From Hydrolagus colliei (lineage: Eukaryota): 64,000 nucleotides of DNA. Made by a program: the position numbers and the translations under genes. Shown one piece after another: positions 46,617-60,985 of the stretch. Under the pieces are notes generated by a model that was not told the DNA's origin, did no database searches, and saw nothing but the letters and a program-made list of their open reading frames with translations. Within the stretch, counting starts at the first letter, position 1. Every line of letters starts with the position of its first letter. Location of the stretch: the NCBI GenBank assembly GCA_035084275.1, contig CM068778.1, positions 1,364,001 to 1,428,000 of the forward strand. Reading direction: 5' to 3'.

Positions 46617-47085
46617 GGTGTCCTATAGCTCAGTGGTTAGAGCACTCAAGTGTGAGACCTGTGTTTCGAGTCCAGGCAGGTCAGGGTGAAACCTTGGGTA
46701 AGTTTCCTTACTCCACATGCCTAATAACAATCTGTCCCCCAAATAAACCTACAATAAAAAAAATTGAGTTCTGACGAAGGGTCGTGGACCCAAAAGGTTG
46801 ACTCACTTTCCTGTCCCCATGACTTGCCTGACCTGCTGAGTTGTCCCAGCAACTTCTGATTTTGTTTCAGATTTCCAGCATCTGTAGTATTTTATGTTTT
46901 GTATAATACAAAATTGGCCATTTCAATCTATGATTCTTTTTGGGGACACTGCTGTGCGCAATTGGCTGCTGCATTTCGCCCCCCAAAAAATACAGTGAAT
47001 TCATTTTACAGTATATTCTGTGAAGCGCTTTGAGAAGTCTAGAAGATGTGAAAAGTGCTACGTCAGACGCAAGGATTATCACTAT
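46617..47085 (+). mobile_element. tRNA-derived SINE carrying an internal repeat insertion (about 46765-46890)
   Basis: Head tagctcagtggttagagcac; the insert ctgacgaagggtc...cctgacctgctgag...tttccagcatctg is related to sequence at about 20870-20960 and 35885-36055. Confidence 0.6.
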
Positions 47086-47505
47086 TATTGCAAGCACATC
47101 AACATGCAGCCAGTTTGGCCCAGAGGAGACTCCACTGACCTTCAGTTTGACGCTACAAGACAGCACCCCCCACAACACCCCCCACCCTCCGCCCCCCCAC
47201 CACCACACCCACCAACTTGCACCCCAGGAAGAGAAGTTGGTGCTAGGTTCCTTGACAGAGACATGGAGTCAACAACAACAACAATAAATTGCATCGAATC
47301 GGGTCGTTTTGCATAACGCCAATAATGATGGCCATTGGGGAGACGAAGCCAATGTCCAATCATGCCCTGCAACAACAAAATTATACTGTAGCACACTCCT
47401 TCTCTCTCTCTGGGGGATACGGTGAGGGGGTGAGGGGAGGTGGGAAGCTTTGTGTAGCCTGTGTGAGGTTTATGTATGAGAGATCTGCCTATCTCTCATA
47501 CTGTG

Positions 47506-48096
47506 CCCTTTCTTAGCAGCACAATAATACACTCCCTCTCTGGTTGTGTTAAGGATGGAAATCACCAACTAGGAGTCCTTGTAGTCACCACTGTGTGTGA
47601 TGGTGTAGCCAGATTCAAAATCCTCCTCCTTCTTTGGATTAGAGTAACTGCTGTATCCGACCAATGTGAGGCCTCCCTGGTGGGGTTGGAGATACCAGAG
47701 CATTGTATCAAGGTTAGTATCTTCGTGGTGACATGTCAAAGTCACAGTCTCTCCCTCTCTGGCTGTGACTGTCCCTGGCCTCTGAGTCACCAACTCTGTC
47801 AGTGACAGACCTGCAAAGACAACATAACAATGTGATCCCGCTGACAGGGAATCTGGGCTCAATGTCCTGGGGGAGATCCTGGGATTCCACACACAACACA
47901 AAACAGACACACACACACATGCTTGCAGATAGAGAAACAGGCAAAGATAGAGCCCAAGACATAGAGACAGAGATGAGGGAATGATATAGAATCCCAGTGG
48001 GAATTGGGAGCCTAGGGGAGAATCGAGAAATGTTGAGAGATACTCACAGGGCCAGAGGGTGGAGATCAGAGAGACAGTGAGAAAGGACAAACTCAT
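47506..48096 (-). pseudogene. TRBV: TRBV V1, in-frame TAG in FR3 (leader 48048-48096, V exon 47506-47810)
   Basis: Stop at 47569-47571, otherwise in frame to YYCAAK; RSS CACAGTA-23-ACATAAACC. Confidence 0.88.
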
Positions 48097-48696
48097 TGTT
48101 GGTCAGAGACTTGGATCAACTTGAGGATCTTCACACCAGAGCTCAGCTTCCCTCCCTTCTTCGCTCTCACATACGCTCTTTCTGTATCTATCCCGCACTC
48201 CCTCACTCTCTCTGTGTGTCCTTCTAATTAACTTTCTCAACAACACTGTACTCTCTCCCAAACGTTGTGTAGCTCTACATACTCTCTCTATGCGTCTGGA
48301 ATGAAGCTCTGGCAGAGGAAAGGCCACCAACGTGTCAGCACCACATCCGAAGTCGGTGTCTCGCTTACCCCCACCCCAGAGGGGAGGAGTCTTGTGAACT
48401 TACATGTTTTAGACTGGGTACAGTGGGTCGCAAGATTAGTCCCAGATTCACGGTCAGAAACACAGAGAGAAACAGTGTGGAGAGAAGGCGAGATGGAGCC
48501 ATGTCTGAACTGATCTTGAAACTCTTCTCTCTGTCTCTCTCTTAAATGTCTTGGGCTGATGTAATATATTTTTTGCAGAAGCTGACGGCAGGTGATGGCG
48601 GCAGGAAAGGCTGGGTTGTGAGTGTGTGTGAGTGTGGCGAAGATAGACATTGTGTGAGGTTTATGTATGAGAGATCTGTCTCTCTCTCACGCTGTG

Positions 48697-49243
48697 CCCT
48701 TCTCTAGCAGCGCAGTAATACACCCCCTCCTGGGCTGTGTTGCTGATGGAGATCTCCAGTGAGGATTCCTTGTAGTCATCACTCTGTGTAATGGTGTAAT
48801 TGGCAGCAGCAAATTCCTTCTCATTCTTTGGTATTGACAAGTCGCCATATCCTATCAATGTGAGGCCTCCCTGGTGGAGTTGGAGGTACCAGAGCATCGT
48901 TTGTAGGGCTGAGGTGTTCTGGTAACATCCCAAAGTCACAGTGTCTCCCTGTCTGGCTGTGACTATCCCCGGCCACTGAGTCACCAACTCTGCCAGTGAC
49001 AGACCTGCAAAGACAACAGAGCAATGTGATCTTGCTGACAGGGAGGGAATCTGGGATGAAAGTCGTTTAGGAGATCCAGGGATTATACACACACACAATG
49101 TGGAATCATCTTCGACACAGAGTGGAATGTGAAATAAAATCCCAGTGGAATTGGGAGCCTGGCGCTGAATTGAGAGATTGTGGGAGATACTCACAGGACC
49201 AGAGAATGGAGATCAGAGAGACGGTGAGAAAGGACAGACTCAT
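48697..49243 (-). CDS. TRBV: TRBV V2 (leader 49195-49243, V exon 48697-49004)
   Basis: Open frame to YYCAAREG; CACAGCG-23-ACATAAACC. Confidence 0.93.
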
Positions 49244-49927
49244 TGTTGGTCAGAGACTTGGATCAACTTCAGGATCTTCACACTAGAGCTGAGTCTCTCT
49301 CCCTTCTTAACTCTCTCTCTCATACGCTCTTTCTGTATCTCTCCCGCACTCTCTCTCTCACTCTCTCTCTGTATCTCTGCTTCTGTTCAACTTTGTCAAC
49401 AACACTGCACTCTCTCCCAAACGTTGTGTAGCTCTATATACCACACGCTCTCACCTACATAGACACACAATTTCTATCTCACCCACACATTCCCTCACAC
49501 TCTCTCTCTCTCTGTGTGTCTGTGGAATGAAGCACACCAATGCCACCAATGTGTCAACACCACATCGGAAGTCAGTGTCTCGCCTCCCACCACCACCACC
49601 ACCCCCCCCCCACCACCCAACCCTAGAAGGGAGGGGTCCAGAGAGCTTACAGTCTCCCCATGGTATGGACTGGGAACATTGGGTCGCAAGATTGGTCCCG
49701 ATTCACGGTCAGAAGCACAGAGAGCCATGTCTAAATTGGTCTTCAATCTCTTTTTCTCTCTGTCTCTCAAACGTCTGTGTTGATGTATTTTAGTTTTTGC
49801 AGAGGCTGACGGCAGGTGTTTGTGGGGGGAAAGGCTGGTTTGTGTGTATGTGAGTGTGGCGAAGATACACATTGTGTACCCTGTGTGAGGTTTATGTATG
49901 AGAGACCTGTCTCTCTCTCACGCTGTG

Positions 49928-50488
49928 CCCTTGTCTAGCAGCACAGTAATACACCCCCTCCTGGGCTGTGTTGCTGATGGAGATCTCCAGGGAGGAATCC
50001 TTTTTCTCTGTTTTTGTGATGTTGTAGCCAGATTTAAAACCCTCCTCATACCTTGTTGGTGGGTACTGGAGATATCCTATCAATGTGAGGCCTCCCTGAT
50101 GGGGTTGGAGGTACCAGAGCATTGTATCAAGGGCAGCATTATTGTGCTGACATGTCAAAGTCACAGTCTCTCCCTCTCTGGCTGTTACTGTCCCCGGCCT
50201 CTGAGTCACCAACTCTGCCAGTGACAGACCTGCAAAGACAATGTAACAATGTGATCCTGTTGTCGGGGAATCTGGGCTCAATGTGATGGGCGGATTCATG
50301 AGATGCTTAACATACACAAAGCGGGTTCATCTCGGGCACAGGGAGAGGGTGGGGGGGGGGGGGGGGGGAGGGTGAAGATAAGAAATCCTTGTCGACTTTA
50401 GAGTTTGCAGGGAATAGAGAGATGTGGACAGATACTCACAGGGCCAGAGGATGGAGATGAGAGACACAGTGAGAAAGGACAGACTCAT
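49928..50488 (-). CDS. TRBV: TRBV V3 (leader 50440-50488, V exon 49928-50229)
   Basis: Open frame; CACAGCG-23-ACATAAACC. Confidence 0.93.
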
Positions 50489-51541
50489 TGTTGGTCAGAG
50501 ACTTGACATTAACCGTGGAATCTTCACACCAGAGCTCAGGTTTCTCCCCCTTCTCTCTCTCTCTCTCTGTCACTCTTTATACTTCATTGGCTCAAGTCCT
50601 ATTGCCTTCTCGATAGTTTTCACCGAAACGTGCGCTCTCTCCCCATCTCTCTCTCTCTCACATGCACACTCTCTGTTCCTCTGTGTCACTGTGGACCAAA
50701 GCTCTGGTAGAGTAAATTCACCAACGGCACCAAAGTTTCTGTACCATATGTGAAGTGACTGTATGCGCCCCCACCACCTATCCCCTAGTGTGACATTTGT
50801 GGGAGGTTTCAGATTGGGGAGGAAAGGGAGGTGACTTAGTTAAGCTACAGCCTCCTTCAGGGTATGGACTGTGAACAGTCAATCAGTGAAAACGTACATT
50901 TATATATCGCCGTTCACATCGAGAGGACGTCCCAAAGCGCTGTCCAGTCAGGTTGTGACAAGAGCAGGGGGAGGGGGAGGGGGAGGGGGGGCAGGATGAA
51001 GACGAGTAGGAAAATTGACTCTATATTTATGGGCAAAACGCGGCAACCAAATTGCGCTCTGCAGTGTCCCCCACAAACTGTCATGGAAATGGGATTGGGG
51101 GAAAAAGGGGGGAAGATGTCAAGGGTAGGGGTAGGGGGAAGGAGAGCAGGAAAGCCGACTGTATATTTGTGGGTGAAACATGGCAGCCAAATTACGCACA
51201 GCAGTGTCCCCCACAAACAGTCACGGAAATGGGGCAAGGGGGGAATGAGGGGAAAGAGGGTAAGGGGGGGAGAGGGAGGGAAAGTTGGGGTGGGGTAAAG
51301 TCAAGGGGGAGAAAGGGGGCTAAGGAACTGCAAGTCAGTCGCAAGATTGGTCTCGTGCCTTAATCATCTGTGTTGATGTGTTTTATTTTTCGAGATACTG
51401 AGGGCAGGTGTTGGTGGGGGAGGGGATGGATTAGTGATTCTGCGATAGTGGGGGGCGGAGGGTGGCACTGTGGTGGAGGGAGTCTTTGTGTATCTTGTGT
51501 GAGGTTTATGTATGAGAGATCTGTCTCTCTCTCACACTGTG

Positions 51542-51923
51542 CCCTTCTCTAGCAGCGCAGTAATACACCACCTCCTGGTCTGTGTTGCTGATGGAGATCT
51601 CCAGGGAGGATTCCTTGTAGTCTTCAGTCTGTGTAATGGTGTAGACAGATTTAAAATCCTTCTCATAAGTTGGCCTTGAAGCATAGGCATATCCTATCAA
51701 TGTGAGGCCTCCCTGGTGGGGTTGGAGGTACCAGAGCATTGTATTCAGGGCTGATTCATTCTGGTAACATCTCAAGGTCACAGTCTCTCCCTCTCTGGCT
51801 GTGACTGTCCCCGGCCACTGAGTCACCAACTCTGCCAGTGACAGACCTGCAAAGGCAATATAACAATGTGATCCTGTTTACAGGGAATCTGGATGTACTG
51901 AGGGTGTTCCTGGGTACAGTCCC

Positions 51924-51964
<41 letters not shown>

Positions 51965-52095
51965 GACACACACAGACACATAGTGGACCCATCGCAGCCA
52001 GACTGGGAGTCTGCGGGAGAACAGAGAGATTGTGGGAGATACTCACAGGGCCAGAGGATGGAGATCAGAGAGACGGTGAGAAACGACAGACTCAT
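51542..52095 (-). CDS. TRBV: TRBV V4 (leader 52047-52095, V exon 51542-51846)
   Basis: Open frame; CACAGTG-23-ACATAAACC. Confidence 0.93.
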
Positions 52096-52756
52096 TGTTG
52101 GTCAGAGACTTGGATCAACTTGAGGATCTTCACACTAGAGCTCAGTCTCTCTCCCTTCTCTCTCTCACATACGCTCTTTCTGTATCTCTCTCTCACTCTC
52201 TGTCTCTCCCTTCTATTCAACTTTCTCAACAACACTGCACTCTCTCCCAAACATCGTGTAGCTCTATATACCACACACTCTCACCTACATAGACACACAA
52301 TTTCTGCCTTACCCACACATTCCCTCACACTCTCTCTCTCTCTCTCTTTGTGTCTGTGGAATGAAGCACACCAATGCCACCAATGTGTCAGCATCACATC
52401 GGAAGTCAGAGTCTCTCCTCACACCCCCCACCCCCCCGCACCACCCAACCCTAGAAGGGAGGGGTCCAGAGAGCTTACAGTCTCCCCATGGTATGGACAG
52501 CGAACATTGGGTCGCAAAATTGGTCTCAGATTCACGGTCAGATGCACAGAGAGCCATGTCTAAACTGGTCTTCAATCTCTTTTTCTCTCTGTCTCTTAAA
52601 CGTCTGTGTGGATGTATTTTATTTTTTGCAGAGGCTGACGGCAGGTGTTGGTGGCGGGAAAGGCTGGTTTGTGTGTATGTGAGTGTGGCGAAGATACACA
52701 TTGTGTACCCTGTGTGAGGTTTATGTATGAGAGACCTGTCTCTCTCTCACACTGTG

Positions 52757-53315
52757 CCCTTGTCTAGCAGCACAGTAATACACCCCCTCCTGGGCTGGGT
52801 TGCTGATGGAGATCTCCAGGGAGGATTCCTTGTAGCCTTCAGTCTGTGTGATGGTGTAATTGGCAGCAGCAAATTCCTTCTCATTGCTTGGTTTTGACAA
52901 TGAGCCATATCCTATCAATGTGAGGCCTCCCTGATGGGGTTGGATGTACCAGAGCATCACAGTAAGGGCAGCATTATTGTGCTGACATGTCAAAGTCACA
53001 GTCTCTCCCTCTCTGGCTGTGACTGTCCCCGGCCTCTGAGTCACCAACTCTGCCAGTGACAGACCTGCAAAGACAACATAACAATGTGATCCTGTTGTCG
53101 GGGAATCTGGGCTCAATGTGATGAGCGGATTCATAAGATGCTTAACATACACAAAGCGGGTTCATCTCGGGCACAGGGAGAGGAGGGGGTGGGGGGGGGT
53201 GAGGATAAGAAATCCTTGCAGACTTTAGAGTTTGCAGGGAATAGAGAGATGTGGACAGATACTCACAGGGCCAGAGGATGGCGATGAGAGACACAGTGAG
53301 AAAGGACAGACTCAT
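52757..53315 (-). CDS. TRBV: TRBV V5 (leader 53267-53315, V exon 52757-53064)
   Basis: Open frame; CACAGTG-23-ACATAAACC. Confidence 0.93.
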
Positions 53316-54361
53316 TGTTGGTCAGAGACTTGACATTAACCGTGGGATCTTCACACCAGAGCTCAGGTTTCTCCCCCTTCTCTCTCTCTCTCTCTATCAC
53401 TCTTTATACTTCACTGGCTCAAGTCCTATTGCCTTCTCGATAGTTTTCACCCTCTTTCACCCAAACTTAGGCTCTCTCCCCCATCTCTCTCTCTCTCACA
53501 TGCACACTCTCTGTCTCTCTGTGTCACTGTGGACCGAAGCTCTGGTAGAGTAAATTCACCAACAGCATCAAAGTTTCTGTACCATATGTGAAGTGACTAT
53601 ATGCGCCCCCCCCCCCTATCCCCTAGTGTGACATTTGTGGGAGGTTTCAGATTGGGGAGGAAGGGGAGGTGACTTAGTTAAGCTACAGCCTCCTTCAGGG
53701 TATCGACTGTGAACAGTCAATCAGTGAAAACGTACATTTATATATCGCCGTTCACATCGAGAGGACGTCCCAAAGCGCTGTCCAGTCAGGTTGTGACAAG
53801 AGCAGGGGGAGGGAGAGGGGGGGCAGGATGAAGACGAGTAGGAAAATTGACTGTATATTTATGGGCAAAACGCGGCAACCAAATTGCGCTCAGCAGTGTC
53901 CCCCACAAACAGTCATGGAAATGGGATTGGGGGAAAAAGGGCGGAAGATGTCAAGGGTAGGGGTAGGGGGAAGGAGAGCAGGAAAGCCGACTATATTTGT
54001 GGGTGAAACGCGGCAGCCAAATTACGCACAGCAGTGTCCCCCTCAAACAGTCACGGAAATGGGGCCAGGGGGGAAGGAGGGTAAGGGGGGGAGAGGGAGG
54101 GAAAGGTGGGGTGGGGTAAGGTCAGGGGGGAGAAAAGGGGGTAAGGAACTGCAAGTCATTCGCAAGATTGGTCCCGTGCCTTAATCATCTGTGTTGACGT
54201 GTTTTATTTTTCGAGATACTGAGGGCAGGTGTTGGTGGGGGAGGGGATGGATTGTGCATCTGCGATGGTGGGGGGCGGAGGGTGGCAGTGTGGTGGAGGG
54301 ACTCTATGTGTATCTTGTGTGAGGTTTATGTATGAGAGATCTGGCTCTCTGTCACGCTGTG

Positions 54362-54891
54362 CCCTTCTCTAGCAGCGCAGTAATACACCCCCTCCTGGTC
54401 TGTGTTGCTGATGGAGATCTCCAGGGAGGAATCCTTGTTGCCACCAGTCTTTGTGATGTTGTAGCCAGATTTAAAACCCTCCTCATAAGTTGGGTTTAAC
54501 AGATAAAAATAACCGATCAATGTGAGGCCTCCCTGGTGGGGTTGGAGGTACCAGAGCATTGAATCAAGGGCTGATTCATTCTGGTAGCATCTCAAGGTCA
54601 CAGTCTCTCCCTCTCTGGCTGTGACTGTCCCCGGCCACTGAGTCACCAACTCTGCCAGTGACAGACCTGCAGAGACAATATAACAATGTGATCCTGTTGA
54701 CAGGGAATCTGGATGTACTGAGGGTGTTCCTGGGTTCAGTCCCTGTCTCTCTCTCTCTCACACACACACACAGACACATAGTGGACCCATCGCAGCCAGA
54801 CTGAGGCTGCGGGAGAACAGAGAGATTGTGGGAGATACTCACAGGGCCAGAGGATGGAGATCAGAGAGACGGTGAGAAACGACAGACTCAT
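54362..54891 (-). CDS. TRBV: TRBV V6 (leader 54843-54891, V exon 54362-54666)
   Basis: Open frame; CACAGCG-23-ACATAAACC. Confidence 0.93.
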
Positions 54892-55548
54892 TGTTGGTCA
54901 GAGACTTGGATCAACTTGAGGATCTTCACACTAGAGCTCAGTCTCTCTCCCTTCGCTCTCTCTCATACGCTCTTTCTGTATCTCTCTCTCTCTCTCCCTT
55001 CTATTCAACTTTCTCAACAACACTGCACTCTCTCCCAAATGTTGTGTGGCTCTATATAGCACACACTCTCACCTACATAGACACACAATTTCTGCCTTAC
55101 CCACACATTCCCTCACATTCTCTCTCTCTCTGTGTGTCTGTGGAATGAAGCACACCAATGCCACCAATGTGTCAGCACCACATCGGAAGTCAGTGTCTCT
55201 CCTCACACCCCCCACACGCCCGCACCCCCACACCACCCAACCCTAGAAGGGAGGGGTCCAGAGAGCTTACAGTCTCCCCATGGTATGGACTGGGAGCATT
55301 GGGTCGCAAGATTGGTCTCAGATTCACGGTCAGAAGCACAGAGAGCCATGTCTAAACTGGTCTTCAATCTCTTTTTCTCTCTGTCTCTCAAACGTCTGTG
55401 TTGATGTATTTTGTTTTTTGCAGAGGCTGACGGCAGGTGTTGGTGGGGGGAAAGGCTGGTTTGTGTGTCTGTGAGTGTGGCGACGATACACATTGTGTAC
55501 CCTGTGTGAGGTTTATGTATGAGAGACCTGTCTCTCTCTCACACTGTG

Positions 55549-56099
55549 CCCTTGTCTAGCAGCACAGTAATACACCCCCTCCTGGGCTGTGTTGCTGATG
55601 GAGATCTCCAGGGAGGAATCCTTGTCACTTGTCTTTGTGATGTTGTAGCCAGATTTAAAACCCTCCTCATAAATTGTTGGTGGGTAATAGAGATATCCAA
55701 TTAATGTGAGGCCTCCCTGGTGGGGTTGGAGGTACCAGAGCATTGTATCAAGGGCAGCATTATTGTGCTGACATGTCAAAGTCACAGTCTCTCCCTCTCT
55801 GGCTGTGACTGTCCCCGGCCTCTGAGTCACCAACTCTGCCAGTGACAGACCTGCAAAGACAACATAACAATGTGATCCTGTTGTCGGGGAATCTGGGCTC
55901 AATGTGATGGGCGGATTCATGAGATGCTTAACATACACAAAGCGGGTTCATCTCAGGCACAGGGAGAGAGGGTGTGGGGGGTGAGGATAAGAAATCCTTG
56001 TAATTTCTTTAGAGTTTGCAGGGAATAGAGAGATGTTGAGAGATACTCACAGGGCCAGAGGATGGCGATGAGAGACACAGTGAGAAAGGACAGACTCAT
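55549..56099 (-). CDS. TRBV: TRBV V7 (leader 56051-56099, V exon 55549-55850)
   Basis: Open frame; CACAGTG-23-ACATAAACC. Confidence 0.93.
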
Positions 56100-57163
56100 T
56101 GTTGGTCAGAGACTTGACATTAACCGTGGGATCTTCACACCAGAGCTCAGGTTTCTCTCCCTTCTCTCTCTCTCTCTATCACTCTTTATAATTCACTGGC
56201 TCAAGTCCTATTGCCTTCTCGATAGTTTTCACCCTCTATCACCCAAACTTAGGCTCTCTCCCCCATCTCTCTCTCTCTCACACGCACACTCTCTGTCTCT
56301 CTGTGTCACTGTGGACCGAAGCTCTGGTGGAGTAAATTCACCAACAGCATCAAAGTTTCTGTACCATATGTGAAGTGACTATATGCGCCCCCCCCAACCC
56401 CCATCCCCTAGTGTGACATTTGTGGGAGGTTTCAGATTGGGGAGGAAGGGGAGGTGACTTAGTTAAGCTACAGCCTCCTTCTGGGTATGGACTGGGAACA
56501 GTCAATCAGTGAAAACGTACATTTATGTAACGCCGTTCACATCGAGAGGACGTCCTAAAGCGCTGTCCAGTCAGGTAGTGACAAGAGCAGGGGGAGGGGG
56601 AGGGGGGGCAGGATGATGACGAGTAGGAAAATTGACTGTGTATTTATGGGCAAAACGCGGCAGCCGATTTGCGCTCAGCATTGTCCCCCACAAACTGTCA
56701 TTGAAATGGGATTCGGAGAAAAAGGGGGGAAGATGTCAAGGGTAGGGTTCGGGGTAGGGTGAAGGAGAGCAGGAAAGCCAACTATATTTGTGGGTGAAGC
56801 GCGGCAGCCAAATTACGCACAGCAGTGTCCCCCACAAACAGTCACGGAAATGGGGCCAGGGGAGAAAGAGGGTAAGGAGGGGAGAGGGAGGGAAAGGTGG
56901 GGTGTGGTAAAGTCAGGGGGGAGAAAAGGGGGAGAAAGCGGATTAAGGAACTGCAAGTCATTTGCAAGTTTGGTCCCGTGCCTTAATCATCTATGTTGAT
57001 GTGTTTTATTTTTCGAGATTATGAGGGCAGGTGTTGGTGGGGGAGGGGATGGATTGTACATCTGCGATGGTGGGGGGCGGAGGGTGGCAGTGTGGTGGAG
57101 GGAGTCTTTGTGTACCCTGGGTGAGGTTTATGTATGAGAGATCTGCCTCTCTCTCACGCTGTG

Positions 57164-57547
57164 CCCTTCTCTAGCAGCGCAGTAATACACCCCCTCCTGG
57201 GCTGTGTTGCTGATGGAGATCTCCAGGGAGGAATCCTTGTTGCCACCAATCTGTGTGATGTTGTAGCCAGATTTAAAACCCTCCTCATAAGTTGGGTTTG
57301 AGATAAAGGCATATCCGATCAATGTGAGGCCTCCCTGGTGGGGTTGGAGGTACCAGAGCATCGTTTGTAGGGCTGAGGTGTTCTGGTAACATCTCAAGGT
57401 CACAGTCTCTCCCTCTCTGGCTGTGACTGTCCCCGGCCACTGAGTCACCAACTCTGCCTGTGACAGACCTGCAAAGACAATTTAACAATGTGATCCTGTT
57501 GACAGGGAATCTGGATGTACTGAGGGTGTTCCTGGATTCAGTCCCTG

Positions 57548-57582
<35 letters not shown>

Positions 57583-57701
57583 GACACATAGTGGACCCAT
57601 CGCAGCCAGACTGAGGCTGCGGGAGAACAGAGAGATTGTGGGAGATACTCACAGGGCCAGAGGATGGAGATCAGAGAGACGGTGAGAAACGACAGACTCA
57701 T
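57164..57701 (-). CDS. TRBV: TRBV V8 (leader 57653-57701, V exon 57164-57468)
   Basis: Open frame; CACAGCG-23-ACATAAACC. Confidence 0.93.
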
Positions 57702-58355
57702 TGTTGTTCAGAGACTTGGAACAACTTGAGGATCTTCACACTAGAGCTCAGTCTCTCTCCCTTCTCTCTCTCACCTACGCTCTTTCTGTATCTCTCTCTC
57801 TCTCTGTCTCTCCCTTCTATTCAACTTTCTCAACAACACTGCACTCTCTCCCAAACGTTGTGTGGCTCTATATACCACGCACTCTCACCTACATAGACAC
57901 ACAATTTCTATCTCACCCACACATTCCCTCACACTCTCTCTCTCTGTGTGTCTGTAGAATGAAGCACACCAATGCCACCAATGTGTCAACACCACATCGG
58001 AAGTCAGTGTCTCTCCTCCCTCCCCACCCACACCTCCCACCACGCAACCCTAGAAGGGAGGGGTCCAGAGAGCTTACAGTCTCCCCATGGTATGGACTGC
58101 GAACATTGGGTCGCAAAATTGGTCCCAGATTAACGGTCAGAAGCACAGAGAGCCATGTCTAAACTGGTCTTCAATCTCTTTTTCTCTCTGTCTCTCAAAC
58201 GTCTGTGTGGATGTATTTTATTTTTTGCAGAGACTGACGGCAGGTGTTGGTGGCGGGAAAGGCTGGTTTGTGTGTCTGTGAGTGTGGCGAAGATACACAT
58301 TGTGTACCCTGTATGAGGTTTATGTATGAGAGACCTGTCTCTCTCTCACACTGTG

Positions 58356-58904
58356 CCCTTGTCTAGCAGCACAGTAATACACCCCCTCCTGGGCTGTGTT
58401 GCTGATGGAGATCTTCAGTGAGGATTCCTTGTAGTCTTCAGTCTGTGTAATGGTGTAATTGGCAGCAGCAAATTCCTTCTCATTGTTTGGTTTTGACAAG
58501 TAGCCATGTCCTATCAATGTGAGGCCTCCCTGGTGGGGTTGGAGGTACCAGAGCATCGTTTGTAGGGCTGAGGTGTTCTGGTAACATCCCAAAGTCACAG
58601 TCTCTCCCTCTCTGGCTGTGACTGTCCCCGGCCACTGAGTCACCAACTCTGCCAGTGACAGACCTGCAAAGACAACACAGTGAATGTAAACCCACTGACA
58701 GGGAATCTGAGCTGAATGTCCTGTAGAAGTTCCTAGGGTTACACAAACGCACAATAAAAAAATTGGAATCACTTTGCACAGAGTGGAATGTGATACAGAA
58801 TCCCAGTGGGAATGGGAGCCTGAGGGGGGATTGAGAGATGTGGAGAGATACTCACAGGGCCAGAGGATGGAGACCAGAGAGACAGTGAGAAAGTACAGAT
58901 ACAT
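58356..58904 (-). CDS. TRBV: TRBV V9 (leader 58856-58904, V exon 58356-58663)
   Basis: Open frame; CACAGTG-23-ACATAAACC. Confidence 0.93.
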
Positions 58905-59562
58905 TGTTGGCTGAGAGTTGGTTTAACTTTGGGATCTTCACACCAGTGCCCAGTCTCTCCCCTGTGTTCTACACTCTTTCTGTATCTCTGACAGTCACTC
59001 TTTCTACTTGACTTTCACAATTACACTCCCGTCTCCACCAAATTCTTTTCTAGTTTGGTATCTCACATACACTCTCTCGCTCTCTCTCACACACACACAC
59101 ACTCTCTCTGTCTTTCTAATGAAGCTCTGGAAGAGTTCAAGACATCAATCACAACATTAAGTTGAAACACCCAATGGAAATGATGTTTGACCCCACCCCT
59201 CGACCCAATGTGACATTGGTGGAAGCATTGAGGTGTGGGGGAGGGGTATGTGTCTTGGTGAAGCTGCAGCCTCTGCCAGGGTATGCTAGGGTGGGGGGTC
59301 ACAAAATTGGTCACAGATTCACAGTAAGACGCAGAGCACACAGTGGACAGGCGAGTTCAGATGGAGCCGTGTCTACTGTGAAGCTGAACCTCTTTGATTC
59401 TCTGTGCTGATGTGCGTAATGCTTGCAGAGGCAGGGGCCAGGTGTTGTTTGGGGAACGGCTGGTTTGCCTGTGTGTCTGTGTGTGTGTGTGTGGTGAACT
59501 GAGACGTTGTGTACCTTGTGTGAGGTTTATGTTTGAGAGATCTGTCTCTCTCTCACGCTGTG

Positions 59563-60112
59563 CCCTTGTCTAGCACCACAGTAATACACCCCCTCCTGGG
59601 CTGTGTTGCTGATGTTGAACTTCAGTGAGGAATCCTTGTAGTCATCACCCTCTGTAATGGTGTAGCCAGATTTAAAATCATTCTCATAATTTGGCCTGGA
59701 GTAGCTGCTATATCCTATCAATGTGAGGCCCCCCTGGTGGGGTTGGATGTACCAGAGCATTGTATCAAGGGCTGCATTATTGTGCTGACATATCAAAGTC
59801 ACAATCTCTCCCTCTCTGGCTGTGACTGTCCCCGGCCTCTGAGTCACCAACTCTGCCAGTGACAGACCTGCAAAGACAACGTAACAATGTGATTCTGTTG
59901 TCGGGGAATCTGGGCTCAAAGTAATGGGCGGATTCATGAGATGCTTAACATACACAAAGCGGGTTCATCTCAGGCACAGGGAGAGAGGGGGAGCGGGGGG
60001 GATAAGAAACGCCTGTTGAATTGAGAGTTGGTGGAGAATAGAGAGATGATGAGAGGTACTCACAGGGCAACAGGATGGAGATCAGAGAGACAGTGAGAAT
60101 GGACAGACCCAT
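59563..60112 (-). CDS. TRBV: TRBV V10 (leader 60064-60112, V exon 59563-59867)
   Basis: Open frame ending YYCGARQG; CACAGCG-23-ACATAAACC. Confidence 0.92.
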
Positions 60113-60985
60113 TGTTGATCAGAGACTTGAGACTAACCGTGGGTTCTTCACAACTCTCGCCCTCTCACTCTCTCTCTCTCTCCCTTACCCTCTCCCTCCG
60201 AAAAGCTCTTGATGTTTCAATGGTTGACTTCCTATTTCTTTCTCGAATAGCGCACCCTCTGTCACCCAAGCTTAGTCTCTCTCTCTCACGCTCACGTGAT
60301 CTGTTTGTCTGTGGACTGCAGTTCTGACGAGTAAAGGCACCAGTGACCAATGTGTCGGCACCGCATGAGATGTGAGTGTCCCGCCTCCAACCCTCCAGTG
60401 TGACATTGGACGGAGGTTTGAGATGTGGGGAAGAGGAGGTGACTTAGCCAAGATACAGCCTCCCTCAGGGGAAGGGTTGGGAACAGTCGGTCGCAAAATG
60501 GGTCAAAGAGTCAGAGACAGAGGGAACAGTGTGGAGAGAGATGGACCCATGTCTACTCTAGACTTGAGTATCTTTTTTATCTCTGTCCCTCAATCAGCTG
60601 AGTTCATGATCCTGTGGGAGGTTTACGTATGACTGGGAGTCGGTCGCAAGATTGGTCCGAGCATCAGGGACAGGAACACAGAGAGAGCAATGTGGAGAGA
60701 AGGCCAGATGGATCCCTATCTAATCTGACCTTGAATATCTTTTCTCCTTGCTGTCTCCCGTCTTCTCTTCTCTTTCCCCTGAACCCCTTTTTTCTCTCTG
60801 CCTCTCAATCATCTGAGTGGATGTGTTTTATTCTTCGAGATACTGAGGGCAGGTGGTGTTGGGGGAGGGGATGGATTGTGCATCTGCGATGGTGGGGGGC
60901 GGAGGGTGGCAGTGTGGAGGAGATAGTCTTTGTGTTCCCTGTGTGAGGTTTATATATGAGAGATCTGCCTCTCTCTCACGCTGTG